Shown here: positions 1 through 11,921 of the stretch, in pieces | Layout: each line of letters begins with the position of its first letter | Numbering within the stretch: position 1 is the first letter of the stretch | NCBI GenBank assembly: GCA_025201805.1 | Contig: MU619241.1 | Span: forward strand, 425,115-465,854 | Direction: 5' to 3' | DNA: 40,740 nt | From: Parasitella parasitica NRRL 2501 | Lineage: Eukaryota; Fungi; Mucoromycota | Notes under the pieces: generated by a model | Databases searched by the model: none | Told to the model about the DNA's origin: nothing | The model's input: the letters and a program-made list of their open reading frames with translations, nothing else | Program-made: the position numbers and the translations under genes

Positions 1-169
1 CCCACTTTCATATTAACGTCCCATTTTCGTATTCGTGACCCATTTTTGTAATCGTGTCTCAACTCAATTTGGAAATGACCAAAATTTATTTTCATTGGCC
101 CAACCTAGTTTCGTCAACAGTAATGCACATAATTTAACTGTGGGACGACGCATTATATATATATATATA
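1..169. repeat. Short degenerate ~19-bp tandem repeats (CCCA.TTT..TA.T..G) ending at a (TA)n tract; possible end of a DNA transposon
   Basis: Three similar units in 1-58 and a (TA)8 tract at ~154-169. Confidence 0.35.
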
Positions 170-1613
170 ATACCCTATTAGACGCTCCTCAATACCCTTA
201 ATCTTTCAGGCAGTTCTTCCATAATATTAAGCATGTCTGACATTGCAAGTTGACTTCAACTTGTATTTTTAATTGCCCTATATGCGCAAAGTCTCAGTTT
301 ACAGATCCATATCAAGAAAGAAATATATCAATTATAATAGTCTTTTTTTTTTTTTTTGCAAGACCTAAGCTGATCATCTATACCATTTGTTTTTGCACAC
401 GAAGGACTAAAATGAATTCAAAACTCTTTTAAAAAGTTGGGATAACCACATTTTTTGCCAAGACTGCAGCTGCATTGCCCAGAAAAGGATATTTTCTTGG
501 GCATTGAACTCAGTTATGAATAACAATATACTAATAGAGACTTTTCAATTAGAATTGAGGTAAATTACTTTTTGTTCGGATGTTTTAAAAGTAGTAAATA
601 GGCCTTTACTATTGAGTAATTCATTATTCATAGCGTAAATGGTCACTTTTAAAGTAATATTTTGTGCATTCGATGCCTTCTCACGAAGCTCAGAGTTGGC
701 TTAAAACATTTGTGGCACCATGTAGTATCTTGCTATACTTTTAGCTTGGTTTTTTTTTTCCATGAAAAAATCGATTAAAAATTGGCCTCTTCACCCTTGC
801 TAGTACTCATAAAAAATCGACTAATTTCTCTTTTTCCAATTTGAGACATTTAAAACGAGTTTTTTCATAAGGCGTTTCTAAGCTCAAAATGGCCAAAAGT
901 TGTCAAATATTTGCTCAAAGCAACTTGGTTTGTGATTTCTTAATGAACTGAGCGAGTTTTCTCTGAAAAACAAGATTTCCTAAAGATTAAAATTACAGAG
1001 AATTTTTAGTGACAAAATTACGAATGAATGGCACCATTAGATGCAGCATAAAAAATGCTACAAACATATACTAATTGCCCTGTAAAGTAAATTAATAATG
1101 TGTTGAGATCTCTACCCAAATGTGATTTGAAGATCAAAAAAATGGCATGTCGAACGATCTGGAGAAAATAACGAGTCGGTAGTTAAATGTGATTTACCGC
1201 CGCCTGCCTGCTTTAACTGCAAATTAATTATTAACAGACTGTAGCAATGTTAACGGTACCTTTGGAGTTCTCAGAATGTCATTACGTTTATCTAATTTAA
1301 TCAACCACATATTAACAAACCAAAGAACCACCATCTTTCGTTTCATGTTCTCGTCAAATATTTGAAAATTCCTATTGCAGGAAAAAAATGTTCAATCAGC
1401 GTTACATGCTCACAAATTGACCTATTTTAGCCGAAAAAATTTATTCGATGATCAATAGAAGATCAAAGACATCGGTTACTGATTTAAGAAACAAAAGACA
1501 AAATATCATCAAGCAACTAATACAGATTTGTTATTTTTTTGTTTTTTTTTTTTTGTTAAGGATAATATATACAGTTGAAAAGTAGAATAAAACAAATGAG
1601 TCGATGGGTTTCC

Positions 1614-3597
1614 TTAAACAAGCATCTTGGACATATAAGGACCTGATATAAAAATTATTAATAGTTGTTAATAAACGACACTTTGTAAAAAAAAACAAAA
1701 AACAAAACAAAAGAGGCTATTCTTACCATCCAAGGTATACCCAAGCTTAGCATAATAATCTCTGACACCAACACCGGAAATAACACTCAACTTGGTGCTG
1801 CCATGCTCTTCCTTGGCGATTCGAGCAGCCTCTTCCATCAATAAAGTACCAAAACCTTGATGTTGAAATTTTGTGGGATCACGGTCATGCATAGGCACCA
1901 CCGAGCCGTATACGTGTAGTTCTCTTACGACTGAGGTAGGTCCCTGAATCAATTCAGGACGGAAAGTTTGAGGTGAGCATTTTCTCAAACGAAGCAATCC
2001 AACCAAAATGTCTTGTTGGGGATCTTCATAAGACAAGAATGTCTCCCAGCCGCCGTTCGCCACATAATCACGACGAATCAATTCAACTTGATCAGGCTTA
2101 ATCTTTTGGTGAATTTCAGTGATGCCCACCTCGCGAGTACGAACATCGCGACATTCCGTGCCTAAATCCTTCATACGATTGAGAGCCAATTCACGCAAAT
2201 TACCATGCTCTACACCAGACGAGACAAGAGGCATCGGAATATCACGCTGTACACGATAAATACGTGTCCATGGAGGTACAATGGCCAAAATACGAGCAAC
2301 AAGATCCACCAATGCATTAGGCGTATAATTTTGGTAACGTTTGGTGCGCCACAGTTCATAGAGCCCAGTACCACGGATAACCAAAGTAGGGTAGATTTTA
2401 AGACCATCTGATCTGAATGCAGGATTTTCAAAGTATTCCCTGAATTGTTCCATATCTCTTTCCATTCCAACGTTAGGCAAATCAGGCATCATGTGCGATA
2501 CAACCTTAAAGCCAGCGTCTTTGGCCATCTGGAAGCACTCTGTAACAGCCTTGACGGTGTGGCCACGATTAGTATCTCTGGCCACATCTTCATATACACT
2601 TTGAACACCAACTTCCAAGCGGGTACAGCCATAACGCAGCATTTGACTTAGATGAGGCTTTAAACAGTAATCAGGGCGGGTCTCAATAGTGATGCCAATG
2701 CATTTGGTTTGACTTTGCTGGGAATAACGAACAGCTTCATCAAGATCATTACTAGAATGGCCAGATAAAGCATCATGCAAGTTTTGAATAAACCAATTTT
2801 TGTAATCCTCAGCCAAAGACATAAAAGTACCACCCATAATAATATATTCAACCTTGTCTACGCTATGGCCCAAACTGCGAAGCTGATCTACACGTCCACG
2901 AGACTGTTCATAAGGGTCATAACGAGCACGAATGGCACGCATTGACGTAGGTTCGTAGCCTGTGTATGATTGAGTTGAATATTCAAAATCTGAGTCAGGT
3001 CCACCAGGACAGTAACTAATCTGTAAGATTAGAATAAGTTTCTAAAGACAAGCCATCTACAACTTACACACAAATGTTTCCAGTCATTGCAATATGAGGG
3101 CATCTGTGAGGCTTACACATGACAGCTACGACGGCAATCTATGAAATATTATGCGCATAAATAGATCGGATATACTTTCAAAATAAACAACTTACACCTG
3201 ATGCTGTACGAACTGGTTTTGCCTTCAATTTAGGAAGTAGAGCTGCTTTATGTTGTTCGGGAATGGCGGCGATAATCTCGACAAGTTTAGGTTGATGCTG
3301 TAATTTGTTATTACGGGATGCCCTGTTCTTTACTGCATTCAGATTGACGTTTTTTCCTGCTTCTACAGCAGCAACAAGTTCGGCTACAATTTCTGAGCAG
3401 GTTCGAACCAAAAGTTCAGCCTGATATGACATGAATTAGTCAGATACAGAATGTCCAAATCATTGTCTTTACATTTATGGGCATACCTGAGATGGTCCTC
3501 CTATGAAATACGATTCCAAGAATCAGTTTATGTATCTCCATTTAGTCCTTATTTTGAACTTTTTTTTTTTTTTACCTTTCTTGCTTTTGCCAGACAT
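1614..3597 (-). CDS. ELP3: Elongator complex catalytic subunit Elp3 (radical SAM + GNAT acetyltransferase), 6 exons: 3597-3576, 3500-3487, 3420-3196, 3138-3068, 3015-1727, 1642-1614
   Basis: Conserved Elp3 motifs KPVRTASG|[56 protein letters not shown] and GPYMSK. GT-AG introns join the ORF-track pieces in frame, starting [16 protein letters not shown]. Confidence 0.96.
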
Positions 3598-4420
3598 AAT
3601 CAGGTTGTAGTATTAGTGCAAGTAATCAAGATGCTCTTACAATTTTTATCATCAAAGATTTTTTTTTTTTTTTTTTTTTTTTTTGTGATTCGTGACTACC
3701 CAACTACTCTTCAGAAAAGTGCAAATTCAACCAATGGACTGGTTAAAAATCAAGCATTAGCATGTATAGATTCCCTTGTAACTACTGGAATTCAAGTAAG
3801 CAAGGCTTTGAGGAAGAGACATCTCTGTTTGTGAATCTAACGCTCAGCAGGATCATTCTGATTAAATGGTTTAAATTTATCAAGCTTTTCTCCTGAAAGT
3901 GGCACCTTGACATATATCGTTCATCTGGGCAAGTCAGATGAATAAATTTCAAGGCCAATAACAGCTTGAAATTAACAAAGGCTTTACTTAAAACAAGTCT
4001 GGTGTCATGTATTTAGTGTAAGTTATCGGATGGTTCAAAGAATAAATCAAAGAAACAATGGTAAATGTTGACAATCAACCACAGTGCAATGTGAGAATAC
4101 TTGATTTCATCATCACTTGAACTGATTTATAGTTTTCTATGCATGAGGATAATGAATTATTATCGCATCATGACATTGAGAAGCTTAGTAGATGTTACTA
4201 GAGTTCCTTGATGACGTGCCTGAGTAGAAGCGGAACACTATAGTTCCAGTTGCTCATTCAATTTTTTTTTATAAGATGGATGTTTCCCCCCCCTTTTTTT
4301 TTGCTCTTGAAACTTTTTACGTCCTTCACAAGAGAAAGAGCACACCTTTATACTCACTTTTTTTTGTTTTTTAGAAAGAAAACATTAAGAAAGAATCTCA
4401 TATACCCTCAAGTTTACCAC

Positions 4421-5913
4421 ATGACACAGTCACCAAGCTTACGCTTTTTTAGCAGTTTCAAAGGAGGAGGAAAAGCTCATAAAAAATCCAATGCACCTAT
4501 TGAAGAAGAAGCAAAAAATCAGCCAGATAATGTGCAAGGATGGCTGATGAATGTAGAAACTCCAAACACTATTGCTACCATTGTAGATGCAGAAAACAAC
4601 AGGTAAACTAGGCGACCAAACGACCAAAATCCGACACATTTAATGTGTTTTTGTTAGTATACCAATTGATCGCATTCGAAATAATAAATCTGGAAGACCG
4701 GGCTCAATAACTTCAGAAGACAGTGTCAATTTGGAAGAACTTATCAATGCCAATTTTACCGCTGATATGGATGATGAAACAGATTTACCTAACCTAGCTG
4801 ACTTGGGGTTAGATGATTCCAATGATGATTTCTGGAAAATGGAAAAGGTACGCAAATAAATTGAGCATCTCTTCTCAGAGAAATAGCCAACAAGTTGTAT
4901 TTTATAGAATGATTCTGTAAGTAGCTTGAATATTGGGTTCGACGGGTTCTCTGGGGTAAGCTAATTACGAATATATTATACAATGAATGAATTGTTTATA
5001 TGTTTGATAGTCGGTTGTTGATGATTATGATTTGGATTGGAGTCCTTCCGATACAACTGCACCTACCAAAAAAGCCTCCTTGCCGGGTAAGAGCCACTTG
5101 GATATTATTGACACTATTTTCTAATATGTTTAAAAAGTTACGCCTTCATCAGATATTGCATCAAGATACAGAAGATCTGATAGCGTAAGCAGCGACAATA
5201 GCTTGACTTCACAGTCAACTATTACTCAATATGCAAAGTACGGGTTAGCACCAATGACCTATCCATCTGAATCGTCTTCAGCATCTTCTCGATCCCCAAG
5301 TCGCCAAAGTAACTATTCTACTGCTTCATCAAGCACAACTTCTGGTATCCCACATCCTCGTACAAATTCATCATCAAACAATAACGGAAACGGTGGGATC
5401 CCTACACCAAGTCGTTCATACACACTCAGAGAAAACAATGCCTCGCATATACTTTCTCCTTCCAATATAAAAGGATCTACACAGCGCACACAGTTAACAA
5501 AACGTGCATCACACATTCCCGCTCCCGCATCATATACATCACCACCATCACCACAGAAGACTACATCATCGGGTTTGCGTATTCCAGTAACATCAACTCA
5601 AAAGAGAATAACCCAGCGATCGAGCCACATACCCACCGTCAGAGAATCTTTACATCGCCCTGGTTCACCATTGCAACAAAGACCATCGGCAACACCATCA
5701 CGAATAGGAATGAGAAGCCCCACACCTGGTGGCCCTAGAAACAGCATATTTGCTCCAAAAGAACCCAGATCGATAACACCTACTCGCCAAGAAGAGAAAA
5801 GAGGAGCGACACCAACATCCAGACCTAGCGGTCTTCGTCCACCAGCAAGCGTTGGTAATTCTGGTAGTATAAAAAGCCCAAGCCGTATTGGGACTTTTAA
5901 GAAGTCGTCATGA
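4421..5913 (+). CDS. Hypothetical, largely disordered protein (~423 aa) with acidic middle and Ser/Pro/Arg-rich C-terminus carrying SxIP-like motifs; exons 4421-4602, 4658-4847, 4908-4955, 5011-5086, 5138-5913
   Basis: Five exons with canonical GT-AG sites sum to 1272 nt in one open frame that includes ORF 5203-5913. No family recognised. Confidence 0.8.
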
Positions 5914-7960
5914 TAGTTGATTTTTGATGAAAGGCAAAGTAGGAGGGTTGAATACCCCTCTACATACACATATAAATAAATACTTGTGCATTATTTTCTT
6001 TTTAGGCAGAATTGAAGTTGGGGTGGCAACATGTTCGTCCGAATTTACCTCTGCTTGTTTAATGAGCGGGAGAGGCTGCCTAAAATACTGGTAAATTGTA
6101 ATATTGTTTGACATGGTCGAATTTACGATCTTGCCCAAAGCAGGAAACAATGAGAATCAATCAAAGATTAGCTGCCCATTATTATAAAAGTAGAACAATT
6201 CGGTTGCATAGACGTGTATAATCTCGACTATCCAGGTTAAACAAAAATCACCATAGATGATATATACAATTGTCTTTAAACATTTGGAAGCGTATTTGCA
6301 GCACTTTCAAAACAATAAGTCTTATATGTACATTAGTCAAGATCGACAATCTCTTCAAATTAGAAAAAAATGTATACCTAGTTTCGAGTAGACACTATCT
6401 TTGTAATGAGATATATTGAGGCCTAATTCTTTATTATTCCCACTACCTTTTAGAACAGTAACTGTTTAATACGTTTGCACAATACGAGGCTATTCAGTTC
6501 TCGTGCAGGGAAGTCCTCTTGAAATACTTTGATCTCTTACGAACGTTCTTCAATTACACTTGAATATTGGAAGAAAACGCAGCATTTATGGCCTCAACCA
6601 CAGAAAAAGTGTGATTGACCTTACGGCAATAAATCACATTTTCACCACGCTTATCTAGCAAATTTTCAACAGCTTGGAAAAATTTATGAAGGTGTCAGTT
6701 TAAGCCTGTCTCTTTTTTTATTTATCGCGCTGACAGACGATCACTTTTTGGCTAAGATTTGTACCTTCCTCTGTGTTTGCATCTGGACAAAATTCCAAAA
6801 TGCGATCAGTGCGATCGTCTTTCTGCTAATTTTGAAAACTCAAACCCCCCTATAATTGTGATTACCACGTAGCCATTGTGTGCTATAGAGAAAGTATGCT
6901 ATTCTGCCTTTGTTTTGGGAGTGGAGGGGTTTTTTCGGTATTCTCACATTGTGGTCTTTTGCAGGCTTGACACCTATCAATAAGAATGAAAAAGGCTTCA
7001 CTTGTCCAATATGCCATAAAAATTTACGCCATAACACGAATATTCTTCGCCCATCTCAAAAAAAAAAAAAAGGCCTAAATGCGTCCCTTGCGAACATAAA
7101 AATTCGACGAGTTGGCCAGCAGTAGCGACAAGTTGGGTTCTAATGTTGAATACCGTACAGTGTGGATGAAAAAGAGGCAAATGAAGGCACATACCAGCAT
7201 TTGGTTGACATAGAAGAAACAGATGATGAAAAGACAAGCACAGTTAGGATTACGCATATATCTTCTCACACATCGCGATGTGATTCTGACATCTGCCAAG
7301 TCTCTGACTGCCGGTGAAGCTATCCGATGGGCTCCCATAATATACACACAAAAAAATATGCAGTACGTTATGCTCACATTGCCATCAATTGCTTATATAT
7401 TACTATCAAGAGGCCAAACGACAAGTACGTGGTGTAGTCCCACCAATGATGTTGATCGCTCTCCAAAAGAGGTTATGAAGATTGATTCCAATCATACCGT
7501 ATAATATAACTACAACTGATGGCAATTTTTGACTTTCCGAAGAGCAAAATGATGGCTTGGAACGGGGTCTGGGGGAAAAGAGAAGTAGGGTTCAACCTCC
7601 CAGACTTGCTAAGAAGCAGAAAATAATATAGGATAAAAAAAACATTTGTTACAGAGTAGCAACTATAAGACATATTCAAAAAAGTGTTTTTAAAATGACG
7701 GGTGATAACTCGCGTAGTGGTAATATAGTATTTTTCGGATTATTAACATATTTTCTGTCTCAATCAGAAAACACTCACTGTAGTTCTTGCAGTAGTAATC
7801 TTCATGAGGAATGTTGTACTCGACGAAACAAACAAATAGATTTACGTCGATGACAATTAAGGCACAAACAACAACATCCACCCATCTCTAGCACCGTCGG
7901 CCTTAATTTCTGAGTTGAGTGAAAATGCGACCCTCCTACTTGGGGTAGGATGGATAATGT

Positions 7961-8842
7961 ATGCCGAGATTGCGGTGTCTTTCACTGGAAAGCAGAAAAG
8001 CCTGCTCTGGCGCGATAGAGCTCATTCCAAGATTCACTCTCCCAAACTTAACAGATGCCTTGCCATTTATCTTGACCAGAAAGCAATTTCACATCAAAGT
8101 TTCCTTTGCAATGACCATTAATATATCTCAAGGCCAATCATTGAAAAGAGTTGCAAATTGAGCACTATTCTGCTACCCACGCTATGTGGAAGCAGAGTGG
8201 AGAAGGCAGAGCAGACGAGGACTTTAATCTTAAGGTTAATTGAAGACAACCTTCTCGCGATTAGACGTATGCGGAGAAACTGACAGTAGTATTTCAAAAG
8301 AAAAATCCAACTCTGTTTGTCCGCATTTTCAGTTGCTGAGGAGCTCCATGGGATCCCGTAGAACTGGCCCTGCTCTCCAATGGGGGATCAGGAAGACCAG
8401 GAGAAAAAAAAAAGGAAAGTTTCGTTACCTAAAAGTGTACGAAATTGATACGGATGAGGAGGACACCCAAGCTGATAGCAGAGGAGATAAACATCAACCA
8501 AGACGAAGGCGCCTTCTATGATACGTCGGTGCAGCAAATATCTGACGAGGACCTCGATGCTGGCGGCTTTTCGTCTTCGGTTGTTTCTTCTGTTGTCTTG
8601 TATAAAAGAGTACTATATATTTCGTACCTTTTTCTTAATCATGTTTGCATTAATGCGTTTTTCTGGCTAATTATACATGTTGCTTTTGCTGTAATTTAAA
8701 TGAAGAAGCAAAACGGTCTTCTTTTTTTTATTTTACATTTTGCTAGTTTCAATACTCAAATAAATTCAGTAATATTAAAACTGTCTAAATATGAGCCCGC
8801 AGGGCGACGCTGTGATCGAGCGTAGCGAGATAAAACGGCTAG
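7961..8842 (+). mobile_element. Degenerate Helitron, 3' portion (5' boundary not determined; may extend to ~6200-6900)
   Basis: Pif1/RepHel helicase fragment LIPRF...LPFILTRKQFHIKVSFAMTINISQGQSLKRV (consensus RxQFPxxxxFAMTINKSQGQSL) at ~8020-8155. Subterminal hairpins at 8793-8831, then CTAG (8839-8842) followed by T. Confidence 0.8.
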
Positions 8843-10585
8843 TTATTCCACACGCTACTTGAAAATCATAAGGTAGCTAAAATGCTTATATTTGGAGCTA
8901 AAGAAAATACTAATCTCATCAGTAAAGCATCAAAAAACTGTTAGATGCTCTGCACGAGGAAGTAACAGGTAAAATGGTTGATGTGCTTTACCGGGATTGG
9001 CTACATCATCCACAGATGCGGTACTGCACATCACAGCTGCTGGCAGGTGCGATCCTGATCGAAGGCGCAACGGGTATTATTATAAACACTGGAGAGCCAT
9101 ATTCCCTGGACACGCTGCTCGATGCGCGTCATGAACGAAGGCTGCTCAGTGCTGCAACGTCATTTCCGTCCAAACCTAATCAGTATGGCTTTCTATCAAT
9201 ATGTCAACTATCGACTCCTGATGGTTTTAAATTGATTATCGGCTCCATACTGGCAATTCCCTTGTCACCTCCAGTCTTCGTCTGGACAGCATCTCTGATT
9301 TCGGCAGAGGGTCACTCGTTTGGCAGCCACTTGTATTAAGAATCAAGCTCAGGCTGCTTATTACTGGTAGTATTGCTGTAGTGATCTCGACTTCATGCGA
9401 CGTCTCAAAGGATATTCCCTTTTAGGAACATACTGGAATTTTGTGAAAAGGCGTAGCAATATTCAAGTACCCAATACAACAGAGAATAGCATCATGAATA
9501 TTTCTAATATTTTCATGATGTATACAAATGGTACTTGACATAGTATAATTACATCCATATTTTTCAATTAATAAAAGATGATTCTTTATTCTATAATTAT
9601 CTTAAACCAGACATTACAATTGCGTAGTACGATCTAACATATTCCCCTGCTGCGATGTGTTATAAATATTAATACCATTAGAAATAGCAACTGTCGCAGC
9701 AAGTGAGCATATTACAAATATCTTATTATTTTTATTGAATAAATATTATCCTATTATTCTTTTTACCTAAAATATTGTTGTTATTTAATAACATTTAGCT
9801 TGAGTTATTCTTACATCAAGAATCTAAAGGTCTTGATTCAATAGCACTGGTTGAATTGTGCCAATAAGATTTAGTATATCATTATTGGGTATAGTTTCGG
9901 AATTAGAATAACACCGGGATCCGATTGGAGCTGGATTTGTAATTGACTCACGTGAAAAATTCAACCAATAAACCAGCGTCTAATTAAACAACCATACTGC
10001 ATTAATTAAAATCACAGAATTAACCTTATAAAAAGGTCTTCCATCAGGACATGATTTTTATAAACCAACCATGATTAGGCAGGATATGTATCTTTGAGAT
10101 TTGACGACCCATTAATAAAACTAGCCCAATTGTGATGATACCATTAGACGAGATCCAAATAAACAACAATACCGGTATTACTAAAATTGAGAGACAAATA
10201 GAGAAGAAATTTAGAGAATCAAGGACCTTTGTAGAATGTTTGATCGTTTTCAAAGGACCGTGCATCACCTGTATTAATTGTAAATGGAAAGTAATTGCAA
10301 TCTGAGATAAAGATACATAAATGTATTATCCCAACGTCAACATTATGATTGCTGACCTATTTGTCATTCCTGCTGATGGCGCCATTGTGTGATTATTAGG
10401 CACCTGGGATGCTCACAGAAATTCGGACAATGGGCTAGCCCCACCAATGGAATTGAAATGTCGCACATAATTAAACGATTTTATGCATCTAAATCAGAAT
10501 AATGACCCAGAAAAAAAAAACAGTTTAAAAAGAGTCTGTTTGAACGATAAAAAATTCGGTTTTTGTATATCTCTTTTTATGAAAA

Positions 10586-11690
10586 ATGAAAACCAGTATA
10601 CTATTATCCTTCTCTATTACTTTACTAACATTTTATCAAGCATGTACGGCTAAGCCCGTTACTACCAAAGCCAGTTCTTCCCTTGTCAAAGGAAAGCATT
10701 TTGACCGTGTAGTTATTATTGTTATGGAAAATCAGAACTATGATGTCGCTTTCAAGAACAAGTTTATGAAAGGGTTGAACAAGGAGTACGGAAACGGAGT
10801 CTTGTTGACTAATTACCTTGCTACGACACACCCTTCTCAACCAAATTATGTAAGCAATTGTTAAGTCGAATGTATACAAGTATGCACGTCTTTTGCTAAT
10901 TGACATTGCGCTGCAGATTGCTATGATCAGTGGATCAACAAAGGGCACAAAAGAAGACGATAACTCCAATATCAATAGAAAGAATATCGTTGATCTTCTG
11001 GAGGCGAAAGGCATTTCCTGGAAAACCTATCAAGAGGGTTACCCTGGCCATTGTAACAAGAAGTCAGACATTGGCAAATATGCTAGGAAGCATAATCCTT
11101 TCATGTCTTTCACGAATATTTCAAAGAACAAGGAAAGATGTGCCAAAATTGTCAATTCCAAGCAATTGGATAAAGATATTGCCAACAACAATGTACCTCA
11201 ATTCGTGTTCTATACACCTGACGTAAGTTGAAAATACAAAAATCATTGCAAAGGACCTGAAGAAAAAAAAAACAAAAAAAAAAACTAACAACGAGAGTAG
11301 ATTGATAATGATGCTCATGACACAAACATGAAATTTGGCGCCAACTGGTTAAAGAAGTTCCTTTCCACTCGTATAAAGCAACAAGCTTTCAATAAAAACA
11401 CTATGTTTGTAGTTACGTTTGACGAAGACGATGGTGGAACAGACGACAACAAGGTTCTTACTGTTCTTTTCGGTCCTGATTTCCACCCTTCCAGCAAATC
11501 AGACAAGGACAATACCAGATACAACCACTACTCTTTGTTAAAGACAATCGAAGACAATGTAAGTCCCCAGTGTTTGTCTTTTTTTAAATATATTGTACTG
11601 TGTACCAATACTCAAACATTACAACGTATATAGTGGTCATTAGGTGATCTCGGACAAAATGACAAGAAAGCAAAAGTTATTAAATTATAA
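10586..11690 (+). CDS. Secreted acid phosphatase / phosphoesterase family protein, 4 exons
   Basis: Signal peptide MKTSILLSFSITLLTFYQACTA. Family motifs FDRVVIIVMENQNY, THPSQPNY|IA, ISWKTYQE, YARKHNPF, VTFDE and YNHYSLLKTIEDN|W. GT-AG introns; stop TAA ends at 11690. Confidence 0.92.
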
Positions 11691-11757
11691 AATGAAACAA
11701 AGCATCGAGTCTGGCACTCATGCTTTGATGCACTTTTAACTTGTATGTATAGTTGAA

Positions 11758-11783
11758 AATAATAATAATAATAATAATAATAA
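11758..11783. repeat. (AAT)n microsatellite
   Basis: About 8 tandem AAT units between two convergent genes. Confidence 0.85.
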
Positions 11784-11921
11784 CAAAAAAAAAAAAAAAG
11801 CACTGTTTTAATAAAGTGTGCAGTTTCCTTGACGTGCGTACATGTTTTATTTTAAAAAGAAAAAAGATATGATGTCTATACAAAAAAGATCTATAAGAAA
11901 GCAGAGTATTAAATCGACCAA

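Noticed and set aside
1-60. CRISPR-like repeat array
   Set aside because: Eukaryotic context, degenerate adjacent units without spacers, and no cas genes.
170-1500. AT-rich region possibly derived from a DNA transposon
   Set aside because: I could not identify terminal repeats, a TSD or coding remnants.
3178-3432. MSYQ start for ELP3
   Set aside because: This ATG lies between the branch point and acceptor of an intron. Two upstream exons give an in-frame start at 3597.
3700-4250. Possible small gene or snoRNA between ELP3 and the SxIP gene (intron-like gtaagc...ctaac..cag at ~3796-3846)
   Set aside because: Spliced frames stop within a few codons, and there is no convincing box C/D pair or rRNA guide.
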